NCBI GenBank assembly: GCA_041910335.1
Contig: JAYRRF010000012.1
Location: forward strand, 3,728 to 67,727
Source of the DNA: Candidatus Moraniibacteriota bacterium
GTDB taxonomy: Bacteria; Patescibacteriota; Minisyncoccia; Moranbacterales; UBA1568
Direction of reading: 5' to 3'
DNA: 64,000 nt
Below, one piece after another: positions 61,463 to 64,000 of the stretch (position 1 is the stretch's first letter; each line of letters opens with the position of its first letter). The translations under genes and the position numbers were made by a program. The notes below the pieces were generated by a model. That model worked only from the letters and a program-made list of their open reading frames with translations. It was not told the origin of the DNA and searched no databases.

Positions 61463-62227
61463 ATGGAAAAACCATTTCTTTCTGTTATCATACCTGCTTA
61501 TAAAGAAGGGGAGCGTATTGGACGCAATCTTCTCGAGATAGACAAGTATCTCAAAGGGAAGAATTTTACTTATGAAATCCTGATCGTTGTCGATGGTTCG
61601 CCTGACAACACAGCGGAAATTTCTCGTAACTATGCTCTACAGGTGCCACATATCCAGGTGATTGAGAATCCAGAAAATCACGGAAAAGGTTATGTCGTTC
61701 GTCAGGGACTTTTGGCTGCACAGGGTGAGTATAGACTTTTCCTTGATGCTGATGGTTCTACCTCTATCACTCACTTCGATGCCTTCATGACACAGTTCGA
61801 AGCAGGGTATGATGTGGTCATTGGTTCTCGAGATATCGAAGGAGCCTTCATTCAGGTACATCAGCCAAAGCATCGTGAAATCATGGGCAACATGGGGAAT
61901 ATCTTGATCCGAGTAGTCTTGGGCTTGTGGAGTTATCCTGATACTCAGTGTGGCTTCAAGATGCTTAAGGCTGAAGCAGCAGAAGAGGTAGCGAGTCGCA
62001 TGGTAGTCGATCGTTTTGGATTCGACTTTGAGCTTATCGCTATTGCTCACAAACTTGGTTTTAAGATCAAGCAAATGCCAGTACGTTGGATGAATGAAGA
62101 AGGGTCAACAGTCAGCCTGACCGGTAAGAACGGCTTTATCCAGGTACTTATTGACCTTTTCAAAACACGTCTACGCTTCTGGGGAGGGCGTTACCGTATC
62201 GGTCAGTACAAAAAAAAGAGAAAGTAG
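61463..62227 (+). CDS. GT2 polyprenol-phosphate glycosyltransferase (ALG5/DPM1-like)
   Basis: SVIIPAYKE, VVDGSPDNT, NHGKG, LDADGS, DTQCGFK. Confidence 0.9.
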   Translation: MEKPFLSVIIPAYKEGERIGRNLLEIDKYLKGKNFTYEILIVVDGSPDNTAEISRNYALQVPHIQVIENPENHGKGYVVRQGLLAAQGEYRLFLDADGSTSITHFDAFMTQFEAGYDVVIGSRDIEGAFIQVHQPKHREIMGNMGNILIRVVLGLWSYPDTQCGFKMLKAEAAEEVASRMVVDRFGFDFELIAIAHKLGFKIKQMPVRWMNEEGSTVSLTGKNGFIQVLIDLFKTRLRFWGGRYRIGQYKKKRK

Positions 62228-62260
62228 GATCTGGATCAAAATATTCTACAAAACAAAAAA

Positions 62261-63280
62261 ATGTCTCCTACAAAAAATACAACTGAAACACCGAAAAGCT
62301 TCTCCCAGCTTCGCCAGGATTTGATCACCGGCGACTGGGTAGTGATTGCGACTGGACGAGCCAAGCGACCAGATGATTTCGTCGTGCCTCGAGCCGAATC
62401 AACGAGTCATGATGATCCGTTTGAGGACCCAGAAGCAAGCGGTCAGGAGCCAGACACGCTCATCTACCGACAGAGTGATGGTGACTGGAGCTTGCGGGTT
62501 TTCCCAAACAAGTACCCAGCCTTCATGAGCGGTAAGTCACCAAAGACTCATCAAGAAGGGCCATACACACTCCAAGCAGGAGTAGGTTACCATGAAGTGG
62601 TAGTGACGAGGGATGCCAAGCGCTCTATTGCTGAGATGGAAGTGTGGCAGGTAGCAGAACTTATCGATGCCTATCAGGACCGCTACCTTGCTTTGATGAG
62701 TAAGAAAAGCGTCAACTATATTCAGATTTTTCATAATCATGGCAAAGAAGCAGGAGCATCAGTCACTCACCCTCATTCACAGATAATGGCTATTCCTGTT
62801 ATTTCTCCAGAACTCACCAATGACCTTGAGGGAGCTCGTCGTTATCGGCAGGCTCACCGAGTGAATGTGTTTGAAGTGATGGTGGAATACGAACGAGAAG
62901 AGGGTAAGCGTATGGTATTTGAGAATGAGCATTTCGTAGTCTTTTGTCCCTTTGCTTCACGAAGCTCATTTGAGATGTGGGTAGTACCAAAAAAACAGTG
63001 CCCATACTTCGAAAGAATTACCGATGAAGAAAAATACGCCTGCGGAGAAGCCCTTCATATGGCTTTGAAGAGCCTTTTTGTTGGTCTCAAAGATCCTGCT
63101 TTCAACTTCTACATCCACACCGCTCCGTGTGATGGCCAGGACTATAGTCACTATCGTTGGCATATCGAGATAGTGCCTCGGATTGCTATCTGGGCAGGTT
63201 TTGAACTCTCGACTGGTATAGAGGTCTCCACCATTGAACCAGAAACCGCTGCCCCTTTTCTCCGTTCTCAGATTGCATGA
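62261..63280 (+). CDS. galT: Galactose-1-phosphate uridylyltransferase family protein
   Basis: WVVIATGRAKRP, PNKYPA, GASVTHPHSQI, WHIEIVPR, AGFE. Confidence 0.9.
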   Translation: MSPTKNTTETPKSFSQLRQDLITGDWVVIATGRAKRPDDFVVPRAESTSHDDPFEDPEASGQEPDTLIYRQSDGDWSLRVFPNKYPAFMSGKSPKTHQEGPYTLQAGVGYHEVVVTRDAKRSIAEMEVWQVAELIDAYQDRYLALMSKKSVNYIQIFHNHGKEAGASVTHPHSQIMAIPVISPELTNDLEGARRYRQAHRVNVFEVMVEYEREEGKRMVFENEHFVVFCPFASRSSFEMWVVPKKQCPYFERITDEEKYACGEALHMALKSLFVGLKDPAFNFYIHTAPCDGQDYSHYRWHIEIVPRIAIWAGFELSTGIEVSTIEPETAAPFLRSQIA

Positions 63281-63283
63281 AGT

Positions 63284-64000
63284 ATGTCTCAACCATTTCT
63301 CATTATTGCTAACCTCAAGATGAATCTCATGTCTCGCGCTGAAGTGCACCAGTATCTTCAGGTGCTGACGCGTGAAGTAGCTGCAAAGAATAAGACCTTT
63401 TCTGAGGTTATTATGTGTCCGCCAATGCTGTACCAGAATGAGTTTGCACATTTGCCAGAACATTTTGCTCGGGGAGCTCAGAATATGTTTTGGGAAAAGA
63501 GCGGTTCATACACCGGAGAAATTTCGCCAGTGATGCTCAAAAATGACGGTATCGAATATGTTCTCATCGGTCACAGTGAGCGCAGACTGTATGGTGGAGA
63601 AGATAATGAGATCGTACGCATGAAAACGCAAAGTGCCTTGAAGAACCTGCTCATACCCATTGTATGCATAGGAGAAACAGAAGAAGAAAAAAAGAAAGGA
63701 AAAACCATTGAAGTTTTACGTGACCAGCTTGCCAGTATTTTCACAGGTCTTTCTAAGCTACAAGCTGAAAAAATAATCCTTGCTTATGAACCCCGCTGGG
63801 CTATTGGTAGCGATCGCATCCCAGAGACGAGTGAAATAATGGAAGTGAGAGTCATGATCAAAGCTTTTCTTGAAGAAATGTTTGACGAGAGTACAGCCTC
63901 CCGTATTCGAGTGTTGTACGGAGGATCGGTTAAAAGCGCTTATCTTGGATCGGTATCATGGGAGGCTTTGATGGATGGCGTGCTTGTCGGAAGAGAGAGT
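63284..64000 (+). CDS. tpiA: Triosephosphate isomerase (partial, runs off window end)
   Basis: Manual translation: IANLKMN, GAQN, YTGEIS, GHSERR, AYEPRWAIGS, LYGGSV, DGVLVGRES. Confidence 0.93.
   Translation, partial: MSQPFLIIANLKMNLMSRAEVHQYLQVLTREVAAKNKTFSEVIMCPPMLYQNEFAHLPEHFARGAQNMFWEKSGSYTGEISPVMLKNDGIEYVLIGHSERRLYGGEDNEIVRMKTQSALKNLLIPIVCIGETEEEKKKGKTIEVLRDQLASIFTGLSKLQAEKIILAYEPRWAIGSDRIPETSEIMEVRVMIKAFLEEMFDESTASRIRVLYGGSVKSAYLGSVSWEALMDGVLVGRES

Overview
Core-genome segment of a Patescibacteria (CPR) bacterium, probably Parcubacteria. This is inferred from the missing uL30 between rpsE and rplO, the lack of infA/rpmJ after map, the RNHCP and DUF4012 genes, split ComEC and a ThrRS without the TGS domain. 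It uses the standard code, with TGA as a stop. The window holds thrS, rpoBC, ftsK-rodZ-recA, rpsF-ssb-rpsR-efp, gyrB, rplY, pth, lepB-hisS, rpsU-yqeY-ybeY-dgkA, ftsAZ, nrdR-comEC, ndk, tRNA-Pro(GGG), rpmB (missed by the ORF track), the str/S10/spc ribosomal cluster through secY-adk-map, and ruvX, a GT2 enzyme, galT and tpiA. I found no prophage, transposase or CRISPR array. The most interesting signals are non-coding. (1) A stand-alone ~118-nt structured RNA after rplY has its own promoter and terminator and displays an anti-Shine-Dalgarno-like loop. (2) rpsU carries a perfect AAGGAGG SD while most genes are SD-less and start with U-AUG, suggesting Bacteroidota-style bS21 autoregulation. (3) A 6S-RNA-like element after map is followed by a second, unexplained rod-shaped RNA. 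(4) Structured leaders precede rpoB, rpsF, tuf and rplC. (5) Several terminators are fused to promoters. All RNA folds were made by eye and need covariance and expression tests.
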